Part shown: one piece after another, positions 29,152-37,357 of the stretch
Layout: each line of letters opens with the position of its first letter
Position numbering within the stretch: the first letter of the stretch is position 1
Source: an uncultured Spirochaetaceae bacterium
Lineage (GTDB): Bacteria > Myxococcota_A > UBA9160 > UBA4427
Length of the DNA stretch: 64,000 nucleotides
Assembly: GCA_964435795.1 (NCBI GenBank)
Contig: CAYTAT010000003.1
Span: 128,981-192,980, forward strand
Direction of reading: 5' to 3'
The notes under the pieces: model-generated
The model's input: the letters and a program-made list of their open reading frames with translations, nothing else
Told to the model about the DNA's origin: nothing
Databases searched by the model: none
Made by a program: the position numbers and the translations under genes

Positions 29152-30672
29152 TCAATCGATGCTATCCAGGGCGGCCAGCAGAGCCCTTGCCTTGTCGAGA
29201 CTCTCCGCATACTCGGCGACGGGATCCGAATCCGCGACTACGGCGCCCCCCACATGCAGACGAGCGCGATCCTTCTGCAAGAGAAGAGTCCGGATGACCA
29301 CCGACAGATCCATTCCCCCTCGCAGATCAAAATAGCCCAGGGCCCCCGAATAGATTCCCCGGCGCACTCCCTCGAGTTGGGCCAGCAGACGGGTTGCGGC
29401 GATCTTCGGGGCTCCCGTCATCGAACCCGGCGGGAAGGCCGCCCGAATCAAGTCCAGCGCGTCGCAATCCTCGCGCAACTGCCCCCGGATGGTGGAAACC
29501 ATCTGGAAGACGGAGGAGTACTCCTCGATCGCCATCAACTCCGAGACCTCGACGCTGCCAACCTCACAGACCCGGCCCAGATCATTTCGCACCAGGTCCA
29601 CGATCATCAGGTTCTCGGCGCGATCCTTCTCGGATGTCGCGAGGGCCCGGCGCAGATCCCGATCCTCCCCTGCCGTCGCGCCCCGCGGCCGCGTCCCCTT
29701 GATGGGCCGGCTCTCCACCTCTCCAGCGGGAGCCAGGCGCAGGAATCGCTCGGGGGAACTGCTCAGAACGACGCCATCGGGCAGGTCCATGAAACTGGCG
29801 AAAGGGGCGGGGGAGAGTCGTCGTAGCGCGCGATAGAGTTGCCACGAATCCCCCGCGTAGGGCAGGATCATCCGCTGGGTGAGGTTGGCTTCGTAGACGT
29901 TGCCCGCCGCGATCTGCCGCTTCAGATGCCGAATTCGCGCCAGGTAGCCGTCGCGGTCCAGGCTGACGGAGAGGTTCTCGGGTATGGGGGTGGCCAATAA
30001 TTGCCGTCGCCGCTCCAGATCGAGGCATCCCCGGGCATCCGATTCCGGGCTGTCGCCGGGCCCGCGCAGCGGCCGAAGTTCCTCCCCCAACTCGGCGACG
30101 GCCCGCCGGGCGCCCGCTTCGGCCTCCCCCTCGTCGGAACCGAAGCCGAGACCGAGGATGAAGCCTCGCCGGGTCTCGTGATCGAGCGCCACCAGGCGAT
30201 CGACGAAGAGCAGGGTGGCATCGGGAAAGTCCTGCCCATCCCGCTGCGGGAAGTCCAACTCTTCAATCTGGTCCGCCAGTTCGTAGCCGAGATAACCCAC
30301 GGCCCCGCCGACGAAGGGAAGCGGCGTGGGTGGAGAAGAGGCCTCCAGGGTGCGCGGGGAGAGGATCTCACCCAGCCACTCGAAAGGATCGGCCTCCTCG
30401 ACCCGAAAACCGGGAGAAAAACCCTTCCGGACGCCACGGCGACAATGGAGTTCGATGCGTCGCCCGACGATTCGAGCGATCAGGTAGGGATCCGCGCCCG
30501 CAAAGGAATAACGACCCAGCCGCCCCTGGGCCAGGGCGCTATCGAGCAGCCAGGGGCAGGGATGGGCCCTGAGCGCTTCACAAACGCCCAGCAGATCCTC
30601 TTGTACTGACGGCAACTCACGCCAGCGAAGGACGACCGCCTCCGAACTGCGAGCATGGGGGGGGCGAAGCAT
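29152..30672 (-). CDS. pabB: chorismate-binding enzyme, aminodeoxychorismate synthase component I-like
   Basis: ORF 29152..30774 trimmed to ATG 30672. Shows SSSPERFL, RPIKGTRPRG, AENLMIVDLVRNDLGRV and FPPGSMTGAPK. PabB versus TrpE cannot be settled by eye. Confidence 0.7.
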   Translation of the reverse strand: MLRPPHARSSEAVVLRWRELPSVQEDLLGVCEALRAHPCPWLLDSALAQGRLGRYSFAGADPYLIARIVGRRIELHCRRGVRKGFSPGFRVEEADPFEWLGEILSPRTLEASSPPTPLPFVGGAVGYLGYELADQIEELDFPQRDGQDFPDATLLFVDRLVALDHETRRGFILGLGFGSDEGEAEAGARRAVAELGEELRPLRGPGDSPESDARGCLDLERRRQLLATPIPENLSVSLDRDGYLARIRHLKRQIAAGNVYEANLTQRMILPYAGDSWQLYRALRRLSPAPFASFMDLPDGVVLSSSPERFLRLAPAGEVESRPIKGTRPRGATAGEDRDLRRALATSEKDRAENLMIVDLVRNDLGRVCEVGSVEVSELMAIEEYSSVFQMVSTIRGQLREDCDALDLIRAAFPPGSMTGAPKIAATRLLAQLEGVRRGIYSGALGYFDLRGGMDLSVVIRTLLLQKDRARLHVGGAVVADSDPVAEYAESLDKARALLAALDSID

Positions 30673-30846
30673 GGGGCTCTCCACGGGAAGCGGCGAATCT
30701 ACCCCAGCGTCCGCGGAGCCGCTGCCTTCCCCCGAAATCCGGCGAAGGGGGCAGAACGATCCAAGAAAGTCCACCTCCCCGGGGATTTTCCCGACCCATG
30801 CGGGCTAAGCTCAGCCCGAACTCTACACTCTTCGACAGGAGCCCCA

Positions 30847-31857
30847 ATGTCGGAACTTCCCCCGGCCCAGCGCGTGCAACTCGCGGCCTCTCGAAACTCC
30901 GAGGGCGATGAAGAAAGGCCCATCACTCTCTCGGTCCACGAGGGAGGCAGCGGCCCCGCCGTCGTTCTATGTCATGGTTTTCCCGAACTCGCATACTCGT
31001 GGCGGCATCAATACGCTCCCCTCGTCGATGCCGGCTTTCGCGTCCTGATCCCGGATCAACGCGGCTACGGCGAAAGCGACTGCCCCGAGGGCAGCGCGGC
31101 CTACGACATCGAACACCTCACGACGGATCTGGTTCATCTCCTCGATGCGCTGGAAATCGAGAGGGCCGTCTTCGTCGGGCATGACTGGGGGGGATTCGTC
31201 GCCTGGGCGATGCCGATCCTGCACCCGGGGCGAACGGCGGGGGTCATCGGCGTCAACACCCCCTATACGGCCCGTTCCCCTATTCCGCCCACCGAGGTCT
31301 TCTCCCTGGCCGTCGGCGGGGAAGCGGAGAAGATGTACATCCTCTGGTTCCAGGAAGAGGGCGTGGCGGAGAAAGTTCTCGACCGGGAGCCCGGGCTCGT
31401 CTTCGAGAAGCTCATGCGCAGGCCGCCCTCCCCCGCCGAGCGAGAGGCCCGCATGGCGGAAATGGCCGGGGATATGAATCCCTTCCGACGCCTGGAAGAA
31501 ATTCCGGAAGCCGGGGCAGCGCTCCTCAATGCGGAGGAACTCGCCCGCTACCGGGAACCCTTCGCGCGGACCGGCTTTCGCGGCGGGGTGTCGTGGTATC
31601 GGAATTTCGATCGCAATTGGCAGCGGCATCCGGAGATCGGAGTGCAGAAGATCGACCATCCCGCCCTCATGATCACCGCCGAGTGGGATATGGCGCTTCA
31701 GCCCGCAATGGCGGAGGATATGCCGACCCGCTGCAACGATCTCGAGACCGTCATGATCCCGGAATGTGGACATTGGACTCAACAGGAAAAACCCGAAGAA
31801 CTCAATGCAATCATGTTGGGATGGCTCCGGCGGCGTTTTCTCCAGGGAGCGTCCTGA
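30847..31857 (+). CDS. alpha/beta hydrolase, epoxide hydrolase-like
   Basis: ORF 30655..31857 trimmed to ATG 30847. Shows LCHGFPELAYSWRHQ, PDQRGYGESD and FVGHDWGG. Confidence 0.8.
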   Translation: MSELPPAQRVQLAASRNSEGDEERPITLSVHEGGSGPAVVLCHGFPELAYSWRHQYAPLVDAGFRVLIPDQRGYGESDCPEGSAAYDIEHLTTDLVHLLDALEIERAVFVGHDWGGFVAWAMPILHPGRTAGVIGVNTPYTARSPIPPTEVFSLAVGGEAEKMYILWFQEEGVAEKVLDREPGLVFEKLMRRPPSPAEREARMAEMAGDMNPFRRLEEIPEAGAALLNAEELARYREPFARTGFRGGVSWYRNFDRNWQRHPEIGVQKIDHPALMITAEWDMALQPAMAEDMPTRCNDLETVMIPECGHWTQQEKPEELNAIMLGWLRRRFLQGAS

Positions 31858-31918
31858 GGCCGCGGAAATCCGGAGCGGACGCGGAACATTCGGAATCCAT
31901 CCGGGTTAAGCTCAGCGC

Positions 31919-32773
31919 ATGAAGAAGATCTGCGTCTACCACGCCGGCTGCCCCGATGGATTCGGAGCCGCCTGGGCGACCTGGCGGGCCTGGCAGGGTG
32001 AGGGCGAATTCATCGCGCGAGGGCATTACGACCGCATGCGGGCGAAGCGCGTCGAGGATGCACTGCTCGTATTCGTGGATATCGCCCCCCATCCAGATGA
32101 ACTGAGAGAATTGGCGGACCATGCGGATCGCGTCGTCGTTCTCGATCATCACGTCACCAACCAGCAGAAGATCGAGACCGATCCGGAACTCCTGAATGCA
32201 CTGGCCGCGGAGGGACATCGGGTCCACTTCGACATGAATCGTTCCGGGGCCGTCCTCGCATGGCAGCATCATTTCGGTTCTGAAGACATACCGGCCCTGC
32301 TGCGTTACGTCGAAGATCAGGACATCTGGAATTGGGATCTGCCCGAATCCGAGGCGGTGAATGCCGCACTCTCCTCCTACCCGCATGAATTCGAACTCTG
32401 GAACGATCTGGCGGCGCGCGAAATTTCCAGCCTGATCGCCGAGGGTCAGCCCATCGTTCGCAACAACGCCATGGAGGTTTTGCGAGCCCTGCGCAAAGTA
32501 TCCACGATCTCGATCGGGGGGCGGCGGGTCGAAGCCGTCAACGCCCGGAGCCGCCGCAGTGCCATCGGCCACGCCCTCGCCGCACGCCGGACGTACGGCG
32601 ACGAGTGGGGCTGCGTCTACTACATCACGGGCAATAAGGTGGAGGCCACCCTCTACTCGATCGACGACTTCGACATCTCGAAGATCGCCCGGGAATGGGG
32701 AGGGGGCGGCCACCGAAATGCCGCGGGCTTCACCGTGCGGCTCAAGGACTGGGTGCGCGACTTCGTCTGCTGA
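31919..32773 (+). CDS. DHH/DHHA1 family phosphoesterase
   Basis: ORF 31919..32773. Shows HAGCPDG, VVLDHH (DHH motif) and the C-terminal GGGGHRNAAGF (DHHA1 motif). Confidence 0.7.
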   Translation: MKKICVYHAGCPDGFGAAWATWRAWQGEGEFIARGHYDRMRAKRVEDALLVFVDIAPHPDELRELADHADRVVVLDHHVTNQQKIETDPELLNALAAEGHRVHFDMNRSGAVLAWQHHFGSEDIPALLRYVEDQDIWNWDLPESEAVNAALSSYPHEFELWNDLAAREISSLIAEGQPIVRNNAMEVLRALRKVSTISIGGRRVEAVNARSRRSAIGHALAARRTYGDEWGCVYYITGNKVEATLYSIDDFDISKIAREWGGGGHRNAAGFTVRLKDWVRDFVC

Positions 32774-32829
32774 GAACGAGCACGGGGAGGATCCACGAAA
32801 CGGAATCCCGCTGGATCGGCTCCGGGATT

Positions 32830-33210
32830 ATGGGGGAGCAGGGCATGGGTCTCTCGGAAGCGGAGATCGCAGAACTCGAAGAGAATCTCGAGCGGCTGCG
32901 ACGAGAACTCGAACACAGTCTGGCGCAGAGTGCGGGGGCCGCGCGGCCCGTTGAATTGGATCAGCCCGCCATGGGAAGAGTCTCCCGCATGGATGCGATC
33001 CAGCAGCAGAAGATGCTCGAGGCGAATCGCATGGCGATGAAGACGAGGCTGCGGTTGATTCGGGCGGCCCTCACTCGCCTGACCGAGGGCGAGTATGGCG
33101 ATTGCATGGGCTGCGGAGAAGAGATGCACTTCTCGAGGCTCAAGGCTCGCCCCGAAAGTCTCTTTTGCGTGGCTTGCCAGACCCTTCGGGAAGGGGAAAC
33201 AACGCGCTGA
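32830..33210 (+). CDS. TraR/DksA family C4-type zinc-finger protein
   Basis: ORF 32695..33210 trimmed to ATG 32830. Coiled-coil N-part and C-terminal CMGCGEEM...LFCVACQ. Confidence 0.8.
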   Translation: MGEQGMGLSEAEIAELEENLERLRRELEHSLAQSAGAARPVELDQPAMGRVSRMDAIQQQKMLEANRMAMKTRLRLIRAALTRLTEGEYGDCMGCGEEMHFSRLKARPESLFCVACQTLREGETTR

Positions 33211-33241
33211 TCGATACGAGGCCGTCAATTGCCCGGATGGA

Positions 33242-33268
33242 GATGCGCCCGGAAGCCGTCGGCGCATC
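33242..33268. terminator. hairpin between convergent dksA-like and yfhL-like genes
   Basis: 8-bp stem GATGCGCC / GGCGCATC with additional inner pairs. No strong T-tract. Confidence 0.35.
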
Positions 33269-33291
33269 CCGGCATTGCGGACCGATTGACT

Positions 33292-33633
33292 TCAGACGTT
33301 CAGCATCAGACGACGCCACCACGGCAGCGAATCGACCCGAAATCGCGACGTCGCACCCGTCAGGACAGGACGAGCCTTGGCGCCGGCAGTGGAGTGCTCC
33401 AGTGCACGCTCGAAGAGAATCTCTTCCGTCTCGATCCTCAGAGGATCGAGGACGCAGCAGTTGTCGACGGGGCAGATCAGCTGGCATTGTGCCCGAGCAT
33501 GGTAGCCGACACATTCCGTACAAATAGTCGGATCGATCACGTAGCGTCCGCTACCCGGGTGGATGGCCCCTCCCGGGCATACGGATTCGCAGGCCCCGCA
33601 ATTGACGCATCGTTCATTGATCATGGTCGCCAT
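33292..33633 (-). CDS. YfhL-type 4Fe-4S dicluster ferredoxin
   Basis: ORF 33292..33633. Shows CVNCGACESVCP and CTECVGYHARAQCQLICPV. Confidence 0.8.
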   Translation of the reverse strand: MATMINERCVNCGACESVCPGGAIHPGSGRYVIDPTICTECVGYHARAQCQLICPVDNCCVLDPLRIETEEILFERALEHSTAGAKARPVLTGATSRFRVDSLPWWRRLMLNV

Positions 33634-33783
33634 GGAAGGCTCTCCTCAAAAGCGGCTGCCATCCGATCGGCATCGCGAAGGCTTCGCTGAAGTCGTCGCG
33701 TTCACTCCGCCGGGCCGATCTGATTAGAAAACAACAAAGGGCGGCAACCTGCCTCCGCCGTCTGGCCCATGCCGTAGAGTGGA

Positions 33784-33840
33784 ATCCCATGCTGGCCGCT
33801 CTCCGCCGGGTGACCCGGCGGAGAGCGGCCAGCATGGGAT
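33784..33840. repeat. 57-bp perfect palindrome (28-nt arms, 1-nt centre)
   Basis: ATCCCATGCTGGCCGCTCTCCGCCGGGT g ACCCGGCGGAGAGCGGCCAGCATGGGAT. It is also visible as two ORF-track entries on opposite strands that both start MLAALRRVTRRRAASMG. Confidence 0.95.
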
Positions 33841-34077
33841 CGAAATGTCGCCGCCGGGGGCGGAGAAAGACGAAAGTCCGGGGGCTGAATCAGGCCACCC
33901 GCAGGCGCAGTGCAAGAGGCGAAGGAACTCATAGGCCTCGCCTGGATAATGCAATCCTATGCTATTCTGGGCATTCGAAGCTGGAGATCAAGTAGCCGTG
34001 ATGAATTCTTCCTGGATACTGACTCTCAAAATCCACCGCTGGCGGGAGATGGAAAATTACCCGTCGCCCCCGCCCTG

Positions 34078-34746
34078 ATGACAACAGACCCCGAAAAGAA
34101 AGCCGGACGCCCGCGCGGAGAACAGATCGCCCTGCGCAAGCGCATGAAGGAACGCCTTCTCGAAGGCGCCCTAAATGCCGTGGCGGCCCGCGGTATCGGC
34201 AAGCTCACCATGGGCGATGTGAGCGAGTTTGCGGGTGTCTCCAGGGGAACGACCTATCGCTACTTCTCGAATGTCGAAGCAGTACTGATCGCACTCGGCC
34301 GCAGGGAAGCCGAACTTTTCGAGCAGCGGGTATGGGATGAACTCGGCGAGGCCCCCGGGCCGGGCGGCGACCGCCTCGGTCGGGTCCTGGACCTGATTGA
34401 TCGACTCGCACGGGATCATCCCCTGATTCGACGGCTTCCGGAAACGGATCCGGGCTTCGCTCTCGTCTCTCTTCGCGAGCGTTTCCCCGATATTCGCGAG
34501 ACCTTTCAGCGCCTCCTCGTACCTCAACTTCAGGGAACTGAGGTGGTCACGAAACTCGGCGTGGAGCCGGAACAGATCGCCAACTGGGCGGCCAGAATGA
34601 TGATCTCGATGTTCCTGATACCGGAATCGGATCCCCCCGACACGACGGACTCTCTTCGATCTGCCTACCGGGCACTGGCTGGAGAGGGGGCCGATCCGCA
34701 GGATCCGGAAGACTCTGGGGCCGAGGAGGAGCCGAGTACGTCTTGA
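34078..34746 (+). CDS. TetR/AcrR family transcriptional regulator
   Basis: ORF 33910..34746 trimmed to ATG 34078. HTH is LTMGDVSEFAGVSRGTTYRYF. Confidence 0.85.
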   Translation: MTTDPEKKAGRPRGEQIALRKRMKERLLEGALNAVAARGIGKLTMGDVSEFAGVSRGTTYRYFSNVEAVLIALGRREAELFEQRVWDELGEAPGPGGDRLGRVLDLIDRLARDHPLIRRLPETDPGFALVSLRERFPDIRETFQRLLVPQLQGTEVVTKLGVEPEQIANWAARMMISMFLIPESDPPDTTDSLRSAYRALAGEGADPQDPEDSGAEEEPSTS

Positions 34747-34754
34747 ACGCCGAC

Positions 34755-34976
34755 CTAGCTCTGCGACTCCCGATGCAGAGAAATCGCGTCTTCGGGGCAA
34801 TTCTCGGCCGCCCGGCGCACCTTTTTCTCCAAGGGGCCGCAAACCAGGGCCAACTTGACGACGCCGTGCCCCTGCTCATCCTCATCGAAAACGTCCGGGG
34901 CGAGTACATAGCAGCGCCCGTGCCCCACACAGGCATCACCGTCGTGCTCGACCTTCCAGTTTTCCTCGTCGGACAT
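34755..34976 (-). CDS. small ferredoxin, P450 redox partner type
   Basis: ORF 34755..34979. CVGHGRC...CP cluster motif. Its ATG overlaps the P450 stop (TGATG). Confidence 0.8.
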   Translation of the reverse strand: MSDEENWKVEHDGDACVGHGRCYVLAPDVFDEDEQGHGVVKLALVCGPLEKKVRRAAENCPEDAISLHRESQS

Positions 34977-36181
34977 CACTGCGATCCGTATTCGAATTCC
35001 AGCGGCAGGTAGGTGACTTCCCGAATGGCATGACTATAGCTGGGCTGCTCACCTTTTCGAATCGCGTAGTCGGGTATGCGCCGGTGAAATTCTTCGAGGG
35101 CCACGCGCAACTCCATGCGCGAGAGATGCGAGCCGAGGCAACGGTGGGGACCGCCGCCGAAGGCGACGTGTTTATTCGGTGTCCGCTGAAAATCCACCTC
35201 CTGGGCATTGGCAAATTGCTCGTCATCCGTATCCGCCGAACCGAGGACCAGGGTCACGGCCTCGCCCTGCTTCAATTCGACTCCACCGATCGTATAGTCC
35301 TCTTTCAGGATTCGGACGACCTGCACCACGGGGGTCTCCCAGCGCAGCATCTCTTCGATCGCCGACGGAAGCGCGGAGGGATCATCCACCAGCATTCTGC
35401 GCCGTTCGGGATGCTGGGCCAGATAAGAGAACATACAGCCCAGGGTGGATGTAACGGTGTCGAGCCCCCCCAGAAGAAAGAGGTAGCAGATGTCCAGAAT
35501 CTCCTCGCGATTCATCCGCTCTCCGGCCACCTCGGCCGTAATGAAGAGACTCAGAAGATTGTCACCAGGCGCTTTCTCGAGTTCGGTCAGAAATTTTTCG
35601 AAATAGGCGTAGATCTTCTCGCCGGTTTCGTTACGGATCTTCGCTTCCTCCTCGGAAGAGTCGGCGAGAGGGCGAATGATCGAATTCTTGAGGGTCAGGA
35701 AATACTCGAGATCCCCTTCAGGCAGACCCATGAGGCGCAGAAAGACGGTACTGGGGTAGGGGATCGCGAAAGCGCTATTGAACTCACATCCACCGTCATC
35801 GGCGAAGCGATCGATCAAATTGCGGGCGATCTCACGAACATCTTTCTCCATCTTGAGCACGTTCCGATTGGAGAAGAGCGGGTCGAGAAATTTGCGATAC
35901 TTCACCTGTTCGGGCGGGTCCACGTGCAGGGGGATCAGCGGCCGCTTGTTGCCGATCAATCCAACGGGCATGACGGCCGAAAAGATCTCCGGATGCCTCA
36001 ATGCGAAGATCACATCCTCATATCTCGAGAGGCAGACCGAGCCTCCCGGAATCGGTTTCCCCACTGGACATTGTTCTCGAATACGCTGGAAGGTCGGTTG
36101 GGGGTGCGCGGCAACCGCTGCGTCAAAGAAATTGATCTCACCCGATTCGACCTCGGGCAACGCATCGTTCTGAGAACTCAT
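34976..36181 (-). CDS. cytochrome P450
   Basis: ORF 34976..36265 trimmed to ATG 36181. Heme loop FGGGPHRCLGSHL, EMLRW (ExxR) and LLGGLDT I-helix. Confidence 0.9.
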   Translation of the reverse strand: MSSQNDALPEVESGEINFFDAAVAAHPQPTFQRIREQCPVGKPIPGGSVCLSRYEDVIFALRHPEIFSAVMPVGLIGNKRPLIPLHVDPPEQVKYRKFLDPLFSNRNVLKMEKDVREIARNLIDRFADDGGCEFNSAFAIPYPSTVFLRLMGLPEGDLEYFLTLKNSIIRPLADSSEEEAKIRNETGEKIYAYFEKFLTELEKAPGDNLLSLFITAEVAGERMNREEILDICYLFLLGGLDTVTSTLGCMFSYLAQHPERRRMLVDDPSALPSAIEEMLRWETPVVQVVRILKEDYTIGGVELKQGEAVTLVLGSADTDDEQFANAQEVDFQRTPNKHVAFGGGPHRCLGSHLSRMELRVALEEFHRRIPDYAIRKGEQPSYSHAIREVTYLPLEFEYGSQ

Positions 36182-36267
36182 ATTAGTCACTCCGATTCGA
36201 CCGGAAAAGCCCGACTCCCAAGTGTCACCGGATCCTGGAAGAAGTCCCCCCCCGGAAAAGAGCACCG

Positions 36268-36320
36268 AATGCGATCTGAAATGCGATCTGAAATGCGATC
36301 TGAAATGCGATCTGAAATGC
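36268..36320. repeat. tandem repeat, 12 bp x 4.4 (AATGCGATCTGA)
   Basis: Four perfect copies plus a 5-nt partial copy, abutting the LuxR stop codon and 87 nt upstream of the P450 ATG. Each full unit contains GATC. Confidence 0.95.
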
Positions 36321-36841
36321 TAGTCGAGGTAGCCGAGCCGAAAACCGAGCGCGACGAGTCCCGCGCGTGTCTTGACTCCCAACTTGATCCGCATCTTTTC
36401 AACGTGACTGCGCAGTGTAGATTCGCGGATTCCCAATTTTTCAGCTGCTGAGAAGGTCGCCCGGCCTTCCGCGAGGCATTGCAGCACCTCCCGCTCCCGG
36501 GGCGTCAGACGCTCGCCGCTCCCGGGGTGTTCCCCGACACCACGACCGAGTGCGCATACCACGACGCCGTTCACGGGAGTGCAGGAGAGCTGATGTCGCA
36601 CTCCGTCGAGCTTGAACTGACTATGGCGCGACCGATCCAGGCCGGCCCTCAACAATTTCCCCACGCAACCCGTCGCACAGGGAAGCCCCTTCGCGGTCGG
36701 CAGACCGCCAACCACATCCCAGCAACTCTGACCCCTCACCTCTCCCATCAGGCGCTGAGAACGAACGTTCTGGTTGATGACTCGCCCATCCTCCTGAGTG
36801 ATGAGAACGGCGGGGACATCGTCAGTTTGCATACTCTCCAT
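36320..36841 (-). CDS. LuxR-family regulator with PAS-like, Cys-rich N-terminal domain
   Basis: ORF 36320..36841. Strong GGAGGGAGAGG before the ATG. C-terminal LTPREREVLQCLAEGRATFSAAEKLGIRESTLRSHVEKMRIKLG. N-terminal AVLITQEDGRVINQNVRSQRLMG is PAS-like. Confidence 0.8.
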   Translation of the reverse strand: MESMQTDDVPAVLITQEDGRVINQNVRSQRLMGEVRGQSCWDVVGGLPTAKGLPCATGCVGKLLRAGLDRSRHSQFKLDGVRHQLSCTPVNGVVVCALGRGVGEHPGSGERLTPREREVLQCLAEGRATFSAAEKLGIRESTLRSHVEKMRIKLGVKTRAGLVALGFRLGYLD

Positions 36842-36916
36842 GGAATCCTCTCCCTCCAGTCAGTAGCTACCGAATCGGCGGAGTCAGCAGATCGCGACCA
36901 ACGAAGCCTACTATGG

Positions 36917-37357
36917 CTATCCAGTTCCCTCTAGCTCCGGCTGAGAAGCAGCCTCACGCATGACACTACAAAGATACTCGATTCTTTCCCGCCAGAGCCG
37001 CTCAAGGCTCGAACCCCAGGAGGGCCCGCTCAATTCGGAAAGAACCCCCAAAACCGACTCTGTCCAGAGATCATACATTTCGTCACTGACATCGAATTCC
37101 ACATGCTTGGCACCGAGCAGTTTCAGGTTGGACACGAGCCAGTCCGTTCCTTCGGAACACATGACCATGCCGGTCAACGTCTCGTGGAGCATATCCTCCT
37201 TGACCGCTCGGCAATGGGCCCCGAAGAGTCTTGCAATCCGGGTGTCACTCTGAAAAAAACGCTCGTAAATTCGTTCAGCGATTCGCGGTTCTCGTTCACT
37301 GAGAAGATTCCATTGCGCCGCAATGATTTCAGAGTCATCGCTATTCACCGAAGACAC
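36917..37357 (-). CDS. globin-like single-domain protein
   Basis: ORF 36917..37357. IYERFFQSDTRIARLF resembles the B/C/CD region with a CD Phe. LLGAKHVEFDVSDEMYDLWTESVLGVL resembles the F/G region with a proximal His. Fold not verified. Confidence 0.55.
   Translation of the reverse strand: MSSVNSDDSEIIAAQWNLLSEREPRIAERIYERFFQSDTRIARLFGAHCRAVKEDMLHETLTGMVMCSEGTDWLVSNLKLLGAKHVEFDVSDEMYDLWTESVLGVLSELSGPSWGSSLERLWRERIEYLCSVMREAASQPELEGTG

Noticed and set aside
33872-33916. GAAAGTCCGGGGG, followed 24 nt later by CAGTGCAAG. This resembles the RNase P RNA P4 5' strand (GAGGAAAGUCCGGGC) and the CAGUGCAACAG element.
   Set aside because: No matching P4 3' strand (ACAGAACCCGGCUUA-like) is present. No GGUAACGCC-type P8 or other conserved regions follow. 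The remaining intergenic sequence is AT-rich promoter-like DNA that runs into the TetR CDS. I treat it as a chance match, though an Rfam scan would settle it.
36268-36320. Tandem repeats here, and at 41449-41475 and 55491-55560, considered as CRISPR arrays.
   Set aside because: The units are contiguous with no spacers, the repeats are only 9-21 bp, and no cas genes are present.
35030-36451. 473-aa ORF antisense to the P450 gene, containing translated MRSE repeats.
   Set aside because: The opposite strand has the P450 heme-binding and ExxR motifs. The MRSEMRSE repeats are just the 12-bp DNA repeat read in frame.
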